DNA from: Salpingoeca rosetta
Lineage: Eukaryota > Protista > Choanoflagellata
Length of the DNA stretch: 64,000 bases
Direction: 5' to 3'
Assembly: GCA_033442325.1 (NCBI GenBank)
Contig: JAWQFM010000016.1
Span: forward strand, 316,097 to 380,096
Shown: piece after piece, positions 17,183 through 36,259 of the stretch
Position numbering within the stretch: the stretch's first letter is position 1
Layout: each line of letters opens with the position of its first letter
Notes under the pieces: model-generated
The model's input: only the letters and a program-made list of their open reading frames with translations
What the model was told of the DNA's origin: nothing
The model's database searches: none
Position numbers and translations under genes: made by a program

Positions 17183-17737
17183 GATGCTCTTGAGAGTCGT
17201 TGGTGCTTGCTTCACTGGCTGCCAGGTCGCGGTCGTGTGTATGTGTGTCTTCCTGTTGTTTGTGTGTGTGTGAGATTGATGAATGTCGAGAAGGAAAAGG
17301 GACCAAAAACTGCAAAACCACAGAAGAACGGCAAGTAACAAGCGGGCCTGCCATTTTCCCGCCATGTTTTGTCTCTGCCGAGCAGGGCGTGGCGATTTGC
17401 TGCGTTTTGCTTGCTTGCTTGAAAGGATTGATGTGAGTGCTCTCTCCCGGCGGAAAGAAGACCAAGAAGACCACAAGGGCAGTGTTGTTGTACAGGGGGG
17501 TTTGATGTTGCACAACACCCAAAGCGAAAACGCGCGGTGTTGATTGGGCAATGAATGCACCCTAGTAAAGTAGTAACAACAAGAGAGCTTGAGAGAACAG
17601 GAAGCCTGGAAGCGCTGCACTCAGCTTGAAGGGGAGGCAGGGAAGCAAGGAAGAGGGATCTGAGGGTGTTGTGACACGGCACAATCAAACAAGAAACAAA
17701 CAATCAATCCACATCTCACATGCACATAAGCACATTA

Positions 17738-18057
17738 TTACATCCAAACAACGCCAGTCATGTTTGCGTTCTCAAAGTTGACGTTGTCATGCACGGAGTC
17801 CTTGAGCACGGCAGAGCGGAGATCTGTGTTTGTGAACGTCGCGCCCAGCAGGTTGGCGTGGGACAAGTCTGCTGCTTGGAGCTTCGCACCGTCAAGATAT
17901 GCATACGAGAGGTCTGCAAATTGCAGGATGGCCTTGTTGAGGATGGTGTTCTGCAGGCGGGCGTGGGCCAAAATGGCGTGCTTCAGGCTCGAGCCGCCCA
18001 TCTTGCTGTTGCTCAAGTTGGCACCTTTGAGGTTGCACTTGTTGAAGCCACACCCTA

Positions 18058-18148
<91 letters not shown>

Positions 18149-19897
18149 AGTGCGTGTAGTTGTGCCAGCTTTCGCGATTTCAAGGCTTCAAGGGCGCTGT
18201 GCGAAACAGACCTTGAGCTCACACGTATCCCTTCATCACCCCCCCCCCCAACACACACACACACACACACACGCACGCAGAGCCTCACCTGACATGTCGC
18301 AGTCGCTGAAGTCAAAACCGGTGAGATCACATTCACTAAAGTCAGCCTGCACCAGTGTTGCGTCGTCAAGGTCTGTGCGGGTAAGGTTTGCCTTGCCAAG
18401 CCGCGCGCCTGGTGCCAAAGCAAGAAAGCGATACCAGCAGAAACAAAACAGCACATGCGGGAGATGAGGGAGATGAGTTGAAGACACAAATCATCTGGGA
18501 GCACGAATGTAGCGAAGAGTTGACATGTAAAGAGATGGGATGGAAATGTTGCATCATCATACGTGTGAACGCAAGAAGGCAGCAAATGGCTACGGGCAAA
18601 TTTAGGACGGAGGTCAGTTATTCGAGGCATCAAGATCACCTCGAAGGTCACAGCTGCTGAGACAGGCATCCTCAAGGTTGGCGCCCCACAGGTTTGTGTT
18701 TCGGAGGTTTGCGTCGCTTAAGTCCGTCGCTGCAAAACAGACAACAAGAAGGTCGAGTGAGATGGCACACCCGAACTTGTCAGATTGAGCTGGTAACAGC
18801 AGCACAGTGCAGTGCACCCCACAGTGCCTTGCATGGCATCGTTTGACGACGGGACCCAGCACAAGCGTGGTTGCGTGGGTGGCAAGAGCAGGGCGTAGCA
18901 AGAATGGTGGTATGCGCAATGTCATCTCGGCTGTCACACCTCGCAAGTCATGCATGTGCATGTCACAGTTGTTGAGGTTTGCTTCGCGTAGGTTTGCGCC
19001 AAGCAAACTGCAGGCCTTGAGCGTGGCATCCTGCATATTGGCGTTGTACAAGTTGGCTCCTTGCAGGTTACAGCTGGTTAGGTTGCACTCTGTGTTGTCG
19101 AAAGAAAGAAACCGGTGTACGCGTTGGTTATGGTGGGTGTGAGCGGAGGGCATTGAGGGAGCAGCAAACAAGTGAGTGAGTTCGCATGAAGACGGAGTGG
19201 GAGGTGCAGCGGAAAGTGAAATGGCGAGGACGGTGAGCGTGGACAACCGAGCGGGCGAACGCCCCTCACATGTGCCAAAACATGCCTGTCAAATCGCAAC
19301 CGCTCAGGTCGTGGCCTTGCAGATCGCAGTTGCTCATGTCCGCTTTTTTCAGGGTTGCCCCGGTGAGGCACGCGTTTGTTAACAACGCACCGCTCAAGTT
19401 CGACTCTGGTGGATGGTGTCACCATGAGGGCGAGCAATGGTAACACACGATGAAGAGATGACAGGGCAATCACCTACGAGACGCACGTCACAGGACACAC
19501 ACACACACAGACACACACAGGCACACACAGACACACACACACACACACAGGCACGCAGGCACCCGGACACACAGACTGATGGCAATGACCAACCTGTGAG
19601 GTCACAGCCTGTGAGATCACAACCACGGAGATCGCAGCCACTGAGCGACGCGTTGTAGAGAGCAGCACCGACAAGATTAGCGTCCTTCAGGACAATGCCA
19701 CGCAGCTGGGACTCTGGCACACGTGGCGTGTCAGCAATAAAAAGGCCAGTGAGGTGAATGCGTGGTGTGATTTGTGGGAGAGATGGAGGGAACGAGCCAA
19801 GGAAACAACGGGTGGTGAGGCGAAATATAACAAAAGAATGCCCCAGTTCGCAGTGTCACAATAGACAGAAGACAGGAGGGTAGAAGCCCACAGACAC

Positions 19898-19928
<31 letters not shown>

Positions 19929-20011
19929 GGCAGGCAGGCAGACACACGAACACGGATGTATACACACACGCACATACACACACACACACACACACAGGCA
20001 CACACACACAG

Positions 20012-20056
<45 letters not shown>

Positions 20057-22735
20057 CGCGCACACACCAGCAAAGTCTGCACCGCGAAGATCGCAGCCGC
20101 TCAGGTTTGCGCGGTTGAGGTCTGACCGCCGCAGTAGCGTCCCCATCATGATGGACCCCGTCAGGTTTGCGCCGGCCAGCGTCGTGTCTGGTGTCAAGAA
20201 CAACGGTGTTGATGTGGATGGTGAAGAGGTGGTGGCAGTCGCGGTGAGTGTTGATGGTGTTGTAACACATCAGTCAACATTTCTTCCACGTGACAGCACG
20301 GGGTGCAAAGTGTGTCGTTGTGCTGTTGTGTGCGCCTTCGTCTGCCTGCAAGCAAACATATACAGACCAACCAGATGTAAGACATCATACAGGACAACAG
20401 AACCCACCGGCAAGGTCCAGCCCACTGAGGTGCTGATGGCTGAGGTCGCAGTTTGAGAGGTTTGCTGTCTTGAGGTTTGTGGTGAGCAGATCCGCACGCG
20501 TGAACTTTGCACCAGTCAGGTTAGCGCCTGGCAAATGCGTTGAGGTGGTGACAAAGGTGATTTACCAATGGTGGGGAGGCAGCAATAAGTGGTGACGTTG
20601 GTTGGCGTGCTGAGAGAGTGGTGTGCCCCCCAACACACACACACACACACACAGAGAGAGACGCACGCACACATACATATGAATGTAGACAGGCACACAT
20701 AGATGTTCGGTCTGTGTCAGAGTTGCTTGCATGCACGGACCTTCAAAGTCGCGGTTTGAGAGGTCACAGCCGCTGAAATCGACGCCAACCAGCGTGGTGT
20801 TTGTAAGATCTACGTCGTCCAGGTTGGCGTGTGCAAGGTTTGCACCTGTGTGGGACAGAGTGGTATTGAGCCGTGTTCGCGTCAACAGCAACAAGCGTGT
20901 TTGTGTTGAGTGACCACTGCAGGTGAGTGCGACATTGATCAGCACAAATGATGCGTTGTCGCACGCATGGTGGATGGGTGTACCTGTGAGATCAAAGCCG
21001 GACAAGTCGTGGTCACGGAGGTCGCATCTGCTGAGGTTGATGCGGGTCATCTTGGCGCCCTTGAACGACGTGTTGGTCACGTTGGCGCCACAGAAACTTG
21101 CCCCTAAGTGTACCGGAAGCAGCCATGTCGAGCAGTTTGTCGAGCAAACAAGGGCCGTGAACATGTAACCGTGAACATGTGACCGTCAGTGTAGGCGGAG
21201 CACAAGTGTTCAATGGCATGGAGGTGGAAGCATGTTTGCTGTGCGACGCACTGCTGTCACACCCCTACATGACAACGCACCTGTGAGGTCGAAGCCTGCG
21301 AAATCACGGCCGTGCACATCACAACCACTCAGGTCGGTGCCAGTCAGCGTGCAGAATGTGAGGTCTGCGCCCATGATATTTGCGCCATTCAGGCGTGTCC
21401 CTTTGGCGCGTGGGCGCGTGGGCGAGTGAGCAGTGAGTGCGTGAGTAGTGAGTGAGTGAGTGGGCGAGTGAGTGAGTGGGCGAGTGAGTGAAGGAGTGAG
21501 TGCTAGGAGTGAGTGAGTCAGTGAAGGAGTGAGTGAGTGAGTGAGTGAGTGAGTGAGTGAGTGGGCGAGTGAGTGAAGGAGTGAGTGCTAGGAGTGAGTG
21601 AGTCAGTGAAGGAGTGAGTGAGTGAGTGAAGGAGTGAGTGAGTGAAGGAGTGAGTGAGTGAAGGAGTGAGTGCTAGGAGTGAGTGAGTCAGTGAAGGAGT
21701 GAGTGAGTGAGTGAAGGGGTGAGTGAGTGAGTGAGTGTATGCGTGAGTGAGTAAATAAATGGGTGATGATACATGAGCGCACGCTTGGTGTGTCTTCTCT
21801 GTACCTGTGAGGTCAAGGCCACTGAGGTCACAGCCATGCAAGTCAGCACGTGCGAGGGACGCGTGTTTGAGAGTGGAATTAGCTAGCTTGCAGCCCTCCA
21901 ACTTCGCACCATCCAATACCGCAGCTGTGTGGTGCCAACGCAGAAGCACGACAAGACAAGACAAGATCAGACGCCTTGGTGTGAGCTGGCAGAAAGGGCA
22001 CGAAAGCAAGGGGGTGAAGCGTAAGAGGCACCTGTACTTCGGCAGCAAGCAGTCGTGACACTCATCATTCCCCTCCTTCTTCCCATTGGATCGTTCGTCG
22101 CACCTGAAAGGTCGCAGCTTGTGAGATCGCAGCCGCGCAGGTCACAGCCGCTGAGATCAGCCTCCTTGAGTGTGGCGGCGGTGAGCACACACGCCCGCAG
22201 GTCAACGCCAACCAGCACCACCCCGCTCAAGTCCGCGTTGGAAAAGTCCGCCTCTGCACGGTACAACGGGTGTGAGTGAACACATGTGAGGGTGGGAAAC
22301 ACAATCATGTATGGTCACACGTTTGTGTTTGGGCGCACTCGTACACGGACACACTTGTGGGACATGATCACGCACTCGTGTGCGTGTCTTTCTGGGCAAC
22401 GAATTGCTTGCATGCACGCGCCTCAGCAGCATCCCCGTACAGCAGCTGTGCGTGTGTGTACCTTTGATTGTGACGAGGGTGAGGTCGAGCCCTTGCAAGT
22501 TGCTGTGGCACAACTTGACTTTCTCAAACGTGGTGCGGTCCAGCGTTGTCGTTGTCAAGTCCACGTGCGACATATCCGTGCCTGCAAGCAAGCGTGCCGA
22601 TGAGAGGTCAGCCACAGCAAGCTGGCTTGTTCGTGCACGCAATCGAACACAGTGTGCAATGCAACGACTTGGAAGGAGGCGTCACACACATACGCACAGG
22701 CATGTGCATGCAAATGACATGACTACACACACACA

Positions 22736-22800
<65 letters not shown>

Positions 22801-22837
22801 GAGCACACCTACATAAAAGCACACGTGCACATGAACA

Positions 22838-22870
<33 letters not shown>

Positions 22871-23839
22871 GGACATACACACAAGGACATACACACACAC
22901 ACACACACACACATACACACACACACACAAATGCACACCACACGCACCGGTGAGCTTCGCTCCTTTCATGATGGCGTGCGAAAGCTGGGCGTTGGCAAGT
23001 TGTGCGTTTGTGAGGTCAGCACCTGTCATGTCTGCTTTGGGGAGGCGGGCACCACGTAGGTCGGAGTTGCTGAGATTGGTGTTGATCAAGACCGTGTGAC
23101 GGAAGTCCCAGCCAGCGAGCTTGAGGTTGTTGAGGTCGAGGCCGGAGAGATCGCTGCCGGGGCACCTGCCCACGCCCGTGCGCTGGTGCGCGTCGTTGTA
23201 AATGGCCATGAACTCGTCATGGGAGATGCCCTTGATGTTGTCCATGTCAAAGGAGGGCTGCTTCGTCACCAGCGGCCCTTTGGAGCGTGCCTCAGCACGC
23301 TGCTTCTCCGCCAGCCGCAGCGTCTCCAGGAGCTGTGCGTCGGCGGCGGCGTGCGTGTCCATCTCCGCTTTGACGGCGTCTGCCAGCTTCGGCAGCCCAT
23401 AGAACAGGGCCTCCTCACGGATGCGGGCCATGGCGTTTGCCGTGCTGCACCCGTTCTTGAGGTCGCTGCGAACGTTACCCGTGCGCAGCCAGTGCAAGAT
23501 GTGCTGGAAGACGTGGCCGTCGCGGTCAATGAAGAACGCGTCGTCGCTCATCGCATCATCGACCGCGCGCTTGCCCTGCTCGTCTGTGGCCCCAAACGTC
23601 TCTGCGAGCCTGCTGCCGGCGGCGCGGCCTTGTGTCAGCGTGCCCAGCGTGGTCGTGCACAGCACGCCGCCCACATTCAAGCGCACGCGCGCATGCAGCG
23701 GCACGGACACGAGCCGCTCCCCATCATGGGCCTCGTCGACGCTGGCGTTGGCGTGCGCATCTTGCTCAGTCGAGTCTCCTGATGGCATCGTGGTGTCTTG
23801 CTTCGTCGCAGAAGCAGCTGGTTTCGTTTCTTCGCTCAT
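17738..23839 (-). CDS. KCTD9-like BTB/POZ protein with a greatly expanded pentapeptide repeat (15 exons, ~927 aa)
   Basis: Exon 1 23839-22948: T1-type BTB (VRLNVGG..TT..TL, FFIDRDG..F..IL.WLRTG, EEALFYGL). Then exons 22581-22462, 22253-22104, 21924-21805, 21400-21281, 21103-20984, 20845-20741, 20527-20408, 20187-20068, 19713-19594, 19405-19286, 19089-18940, 18729-18640, 18408-18289 and 18054-17738, all encoding [A/C][D/N]Lxx repeats. Confidence 0.9.
21420..21735. repeat. (GAGT)n-based compound tetranucleotide satellite with internal higher-order duplications
   Basis: The block gagtgagtgaaggagtgagtgctaggagtgagtgagtcagtgaag recurs three times within intron 21401-21804. Confidence 0.85.
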
Positions 23840-24375
23840 TCGGTGACACTTGTTGTTGATTGCGTTTGAGTGCGGAAAATGCGGTTGCATCATCATCTTG
23901 TCGAATGTCATCGAATCAAACCAAAACATCGCGACACACACACACACACACACACACACAGGGAAATGGGGGTGGCGTACATTATGCTGTGTAATGAATG
24001 GGATGGGTGGGGATAACCAAGACAGCAGCAGCCCCAGCCAGTGACAAAACAAGGCGTGGAGGAGCAAAACAGAAGGGGAGCGACAGAGACCAGCACACAA
24101 AAGTACACAAAAAGAACACACACACACACAGACAGACACACACACACTCACTCATGCACATACAAGCACACACATCGAAGACAAGCAGCGCTCACAGCAT
24201 GGCTCTGGCGGTCATGCATGCACGTCAACACCGATACAAGACACAGATACAGGCACATGCACGTATCACATCAACTTGCACGCACGAGAAGAAGCGAAAG
24301 AAAGCCAGGGAGCAACGACGCACGGAGGGAAAGGGGATCGGCGAGGGAGAGAAGGGGGGTTGGTTGGTTGGTTTG

Positions 24376-25843
24376 TTAGACGGTTTTGCGGTCCGCCATG
24401 GCGCGAACAACGCAGCCAAGGCCTCCGTGCTCTGTTGCCTGTGTTTGTGAACCCGCGGGGGGGGGGGGAGGGGAGGAGGGGAGGAGAGGAGGAGGGTGCA
24501 TTGCATTGCATTGCATTGCATTGGTTGGTGTGAGTAAATGTGTTGATTCGAAACTCACACGTGAAAGTGCAAGCATGTACACGGGCAGGCAGGCAGTCCA
24601 TGGGTAGACACAAACACAAAGACACAAACTCTCACAGAGAGAGGGCAGACTCAGATAAAGCGCGCGCGCACACACACAAAGAGAGACACAAGAGACACGA
24701 ACGCACAGATCAGACAAAACACACACACACACACATACACAGGACACAGAAAAGACAACACACACAATCACACAATCACACACACACACACACACACCAA
24801 GCGAACGCAGCACATTCACGTACCTGCTTGTGCCAGGTGAGGAGGATGTTGGAGTAAGCCCTGCGGGCCTCGTCCTCCTCCATGGCCTTGGCCGCCGCCG
24901 TGTTGGGGCGCGCAAGGTACTCCATGCCGCGGTACACAAACTTCATCAGAAGATCGCACTCGTCCTGCACACGTGCAGGTGTGCGTGGGGGAGAGGGCGG
25001 GGTTGATGCGCATGAGAGCGTGCGAGTGAGAGCGTGCGCGAGGTAAGGCGACAAGAACAAGAACAAGAACAAGACCAAGACCAAGAACAAGACCAAGAAC
25101 AAGCCCAAGAACAAGACCAAGAACACGACCAAGAACAAGAACAAGAACAAGAACAAGACCAAGACCAAGACCAAGAACAAGAACAACAGCTTTACACACC
25201 TGTGACAACTCCTTGACGGCGGCTGCCACCTCCGTGGACTTAAATGCTCCGAGAATGTCAAGCACAACCTTGAGGTACTCCACCTGCACCCCGTCCCCAG
25301 AACGACAATGTTGGTTTGTGTTGTGTTAGCACGCAACCCAATCCACACACGCTTGCACAGCGCCTCAATCCATGCATGCAAACAATGTACGAAACGCCTG
25401 CTGTCCGAGCAAGAGCATGTGAAGACTCAAGCACACACACACACATAACACAAGTCATGCTCACACGCACACACAACACAAGTCACGCACAAACGCACGG
25501 ATAACAGAAGACATGCACACATACAAGACACGCACAACCGCGCACATAACACAAAAACACACACACACACACACACAAAACTAACACACAAAACAAACAC
25601 ACACACACACACCTTGACGGGGTCGGGTTGAGCTGTGCGATAAGAAAGGGGAGGAGACTTGAGCGCTGCCTTGAGGGCCTCTGCCTTCTTTCCGCCGTTG
25701 AGCAGGCCAATTGCCTCCTTCTGCATCTGCGATGCCAGCGCGCTGTCAACCTGGCTCGCCTCAACCTCGTCGTGGTACTTGTCCTCATCGAATTTGTCGA
25801 TGTCTGTGCGACGGAATCCGTCACTGCGCGTGCGCTTCGCCAT
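24376..25843 (-). CDS. ARPC5: Arp2/3 complex subunit 5 (p16-Arc)
   Basis: Exons 25843-25613, 25283-25200, 24964-24824, 24438-24376. MAK.T....FRRTDIDKFDEDKY, ALKAALKSPP, DLLMKFVYRG, LLTWH, GGLGCVVRAMADRKTV*. Confidence 0.95.
25051..25187. repeat. (AAGAAC/AAGACC)n hexanucleotide repeat, intronic
   Basis: Read directly; inside ARPC5 intron 2. Confidence 0.9.
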
Positions 25844-26187
25844 CTTAGCCTTTGTTGGTTGAAGAGTGTGACAATCAAAGACACCAGTCTTTCAAGGCTC
25901 TCTGCCTGTGTGCTGTCGTTGTCGTCTCAGTGAGCAGTCTGGTCGAACAAACACGCAAGGAGAAGGGAGCAGGTCGTGTTTGTGTTTGTTGTGAATGCTG
26001 CTGCTGCTGCTGCGCTGAGGTGGAAGACGAAAAGTTTAGTATGATGTTCGCAAAAGTTCGGCAATTTCAGGCACCCACAAATGACGCAGCAAGCAAGCAG
26101 CGCGTCCACTCAGCAAACCCCCACACACGCAGCACCACGCACCAAAGCTAACGTGCACCGCATCGCGTGAACTCGCACCACGTCAAC

Positions 26188-31907
<5,720 letters not shown>

Positions 31908-32146
31908 CACCATTGTGCCCAATTTGCCCCTCAACTCACGTCATGCGTGCGTGACCACATCTTTCATCCCATCCCCTCACCTCACCTCAACTGCCGCCGC
32001 TGCTGCTGTTGTGGTGTGCAGAGCCAGCTGTTGTGCGCCCTGCCCAGGAGGATGAGGAGGGCAGCCTGACGTTTGTGCAGGGAAGCAGCACCGCCGTGGC
32101 CTCCGTCTGATGTGCACACACACATGCACACACACACACGCACATG

Positions 32147-32209
<63 letters not shown>

Positions 32210-32613
32210 GCATGCACACACACATGCACACACACACACACACACACACGCATGCACTTGGGCGCCTGCACAATCGTGTGTTTTGGTTTTGTTTTTGCTG
32301 TCTTTTGTTGGGGAGTTGAGATTCGCATCCTATGTGTTGCTTCTTGCTGTTTGTTGATCTTGCCCTTCTTGTTCACTTGTGTGTTGCATCAATAAAGCGT
32401 TGCTGATGCTTGTTGATGTAAAGTTCACGGTGAAGTTCACGGTGACATGATGGTCACCACGTGCTGTGTTCGCTTTATTCACACAAGAGTACACATGCGC
32501 ACATGCATACATCAGCTGCCCCTAATCTCGCACTGCTATGCCTCTTCCATCCCATCGCCTCACCCGTTGGAGTTACCGCCATCTCGTCACATCACTCGTC
32601 GTCATCATCATCA

Positions 32614-32864
32614 TCACAGCCGCGCGTACTCGACCTTGCGGCCGGACAGGCGAGTTGCAACAAAGCCAAAGCCATCCTGACACGAGACAACGCAGCAGAG
32701 ACGGGCAGCGAGCAATGTGAGCAATACCGCCACGCATCGTAGTTCCCAAGAACACACACACACACACGGGGACAGAAAGACAGGCAGACAGGTAGGCAGA
32801 CAACACACACACATACACACACACACACACGGGGACAGAAAGACAGGCAGACAGGTAGGCAGAC

Positions 32865-32941
<77 letters not shown>

Positions 32942-33165
32942 CACAACATAAAGCGCGCGCTGTGCCCACCGCAATGAGGCCCGGCAAACTGGCGAGGAAG
33001 TCCCTGTGGACAATGAGCTCAGCACCGCGACCGCCACGCGAGAACATATACGCAGCGCCAAGCGCCATGTACGAGAGCGGCAGCACGAATATGAGGATGG
33101 CGATGACGGTGCCCGCAGACATGCCGCCACCGCCGCTCGGGTGCCTGATGTGCGGTGTGTGTGTG

Positions 33166-33228
<63 letters not shown>

Positions 33229-33293
33229 GCAGAAGTGTGAGCGTGGTTGCAAGTGCAAGGTCCAGCGTTGCCGGAGATGGTGATGACACTCAA

Positions 33294-33345
<52 letters not shown>

Positions 33346-33596
33346 GCAGAAGTGTGAGCGTGGTTGCAAGTGCAAGGTCCAGCGTTGCCGGAGATGGTGA
33401 TGACACTCAAACATCACATGGTCATCCACACGAGGCAGCGTACTTCTCAGTCCCACATGCGTACGGGGTCGACAACTGAATGGCGACGAAGCACTGTCAA
33501 CAGCAAGTCGAGAGCACACGCATTTGTAAGCCAGAGCGTAGGATAGTAGGGAACAAGTCGGCACGCCTTCGTACACACACACACACACACAACACA

Positions 33597-33634
<38 letters not shown>

Positions 33635-33797
33635 CACACAGCAGACACACACACACACACACACACAGACACACAGATACACACACAACACAGCAGACAC
33701 ACACACAGACACACAGACACACAGACACACACACACACACAGACACACAGACACACAGACACACAGACACACAGACACACACAGACACACACAGACA

Positions 33798-33837
<40 letters not shown>

Positions 33838-34937
33838 GTGCGCTCTCACGTTGAGTTCGCTCTCCTGCTTGATGGTGGGTGGGTTGTAGCCGCCCTTTCC
33901 GCACTTGAAGCGCATCTCGGTGTGGTAGTGGTCGGCGTTGGAGCTTGGGCACTTGTCGCCTTTGGCGGTCAGAATGGCCGTGATGCCGTCTTGGTTGTCT
34001 GGTGCATGCTCAAGCTTCATGTGTTTCGTCAAGCCATACACGTTCTTGCCTTTCTTCTGCCCTTGTGCTGTAAACACCCACGAGCAAGATAACGTGAGAT
34101 GCAGCATGCTCGACCTGTTGCGGAGAGTGCAAGGTTGGGCGAGACAGCAAATTGCGACACGGCTCTTTCACATCGGGTTGAACACACACACACACACATA
34201 CATGCACACACACACACACATACACACAACCACACGACCACACACACACACACACACACAACCACACACACACACACAACCACACACATCGGCACTTACT
34301 ATCGTATCGCTCGCACACCATGGTCCCTGGAGGGCATGCGCTGTCTGAAAACTGAATGTCGCCGCAGATGTTAAAGTCAAAGTCCGTCGTCCTGCAAGCG
34401 CAACAACATGGATTGAAGATGTTCGTTGGTTATAAGAACGTAAAGCAGGCTCATGACCATCATCATCATCATCATCATGATCACTAATGTCAGGAATGGA
34501 ATGGCACGCTTACTGCACGAGCGTGGACTTGATGATGTAGTCAATCTTCACGGTCAGCGGGCTCAAGTCAATCTCCACTGGATTCTTGCGTGTTGCTTTC
34601 AGCTATCAACACACACACACACACACAGACATATGAGCAGCAGTGGCGAGTTGCATATCCTCTCGTAAGCCTGAACAAGGTCAAGAAGACAAGGCATCCA
34701 CTCACTCACACGCGCACAAACACACACACGCACACGCATAAACACACACACACACAGACTCACAACCAAACAGGAACAACCACCACCTCAAGTGCAGCAA
34801 GCGCAGCGACTACGTACGACACAGCTGTTGCTTGTTGCGTTGAGGGCCCTCGCCTCTGCTGGGACACTGCTCGCCAGCAGCAGCACCATCATCACAGCCG
34901 CAACACCAGCCACCACTGCCATCATCGTCATCTTCAT
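32614..34937 (-). CDS. Cation-dependent mannose-6-phosphate receptor / ATG27-like single-MRH type I membrane protein
   Basis: Exons 34937-34818 (signal peptide), 34602-34514 (IDLSPL), 34391-34300 (FDFNICG), 34067-33850 (GDKC...MRFKC), 33493-33444 (C.....STPYAC), 33144-32970 (GMSAG + TM + [16 protein letters not shown]), 32676-32614 (DG...YARL*, a YxxL sorting motif). Confidence 0.85.
33224..33414. repeat. Intronic tandem duplication of a 74-bp unique segment separated by (GT)n
   Basis: 33224-33297 is identical to 33341-33414 (taaatgcagaag...actcaaacat). Confidence 0.9.
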
Positions 34938-35037
34938 CTTCTTCTTCTCCGGCCACACAGCGCGACAAAATGTGCTGAGTCAGCATTTAATTTGGTGGGC
35001 GAAATTGGCGAGAAGAGGACAGCGACAAGCAACGGCG

Positions 35038-36228
35038 ATGGCGAGCAAACACCAGCACCACCACGCTGATGCTGCAGACGATGATGATGATGGCGGTGGT
35101 GGCAGGGAGGATCCGTCGTTGGCGCTGAAGGCATACACGCAGCGGTTATGGGAGGAAGCAGCACGCAAGCTGGAGAAGAAGGCGAGCACCAGTAGCAGCG
35201 GAAGCAGTGGCGGTGGCGGTGGCAGCAGCAACGGCGGCAGCAGGAGTGCCAAGTGGCAAGAAGAGGGGGCGAGGCGACCGGAGGTTGACAAGAAGGAAGA
35301 TGCACCGATAGCTAACACAGCACACGAGCCACCTGTGCGGCGCCAGCAACCATCTCCCCGATCAGTGCAGGACACATCTACGAGTGCAACAGCCGAAACT
35401 GCTGCCTTAGCTTCTTCAATGCCAGCTGCGCAAGCACGAGCCAGCCAGGGCGGTGTCAGTGCGTTGTTGTACAAGAAGCCACGACACCCTTCAAGGCGAA
35501 TACAGCAGCCACACACAAGGAAGGGGACTGCGAAGCAGTCGCAAACAGCACTCAAGTCCACACCATCCTCATCAAACCTCGACGAGATGCTGGCTCGGGA
35601 GCGGCGGGAGCTGGAGGAAGCACGCCAGCGCCTGGACAAGGAACGACAGTTGTTTGAACAGGGCAGACAAAGGGGAAGCACATGCCTCCTCCCCTCAGCC
35701 ACTCGGGAACAGGCAGCGGCACCGGTCGCAAGGACAAGCGAAAAGCGCAGCGACCACCATCTTGCGAGCGGAGAGCGCAGCGACAACCATTTCTCTCGCC
35801 AATCCAGCCAACCTGTGTCACCGAAACCGGCACCCCACAACACAAGGCCACTCACAGTCACGCATGATCATGACATGAGCGAAGAGCACGAGAAGCCGGC
35901 AGCTTCCGTTGGGAAGAGTGAACAGCTTACGAGCAAAGCTGTGAAACAGAGCAAAGCTCAGCTACTGCAAAGCGAGCTGCAAAGGAAGGATGAGGAAGTT
36001 ACGCCCGCGAGCAGCAAGGAGACGAACCATGGGGGCGACGCAGATGCAGATGCAGATGCACCCACACCAGAAACAACCCCAGAAAACCCTCCAAGCCCTG
36101 CTATTGTCACGACGAAACTGGAACACAAGCAACAGCAACAGCAACTCGAGCGGCAGCGAGAGCAGCGAGGCGAGAAGCAAGAACAAGAAGAACACCAGGA
36201 ACGGCAGCGGCCCCCAGAACTGCAACAA

Positions 36229-36259
<31 letters not shown>

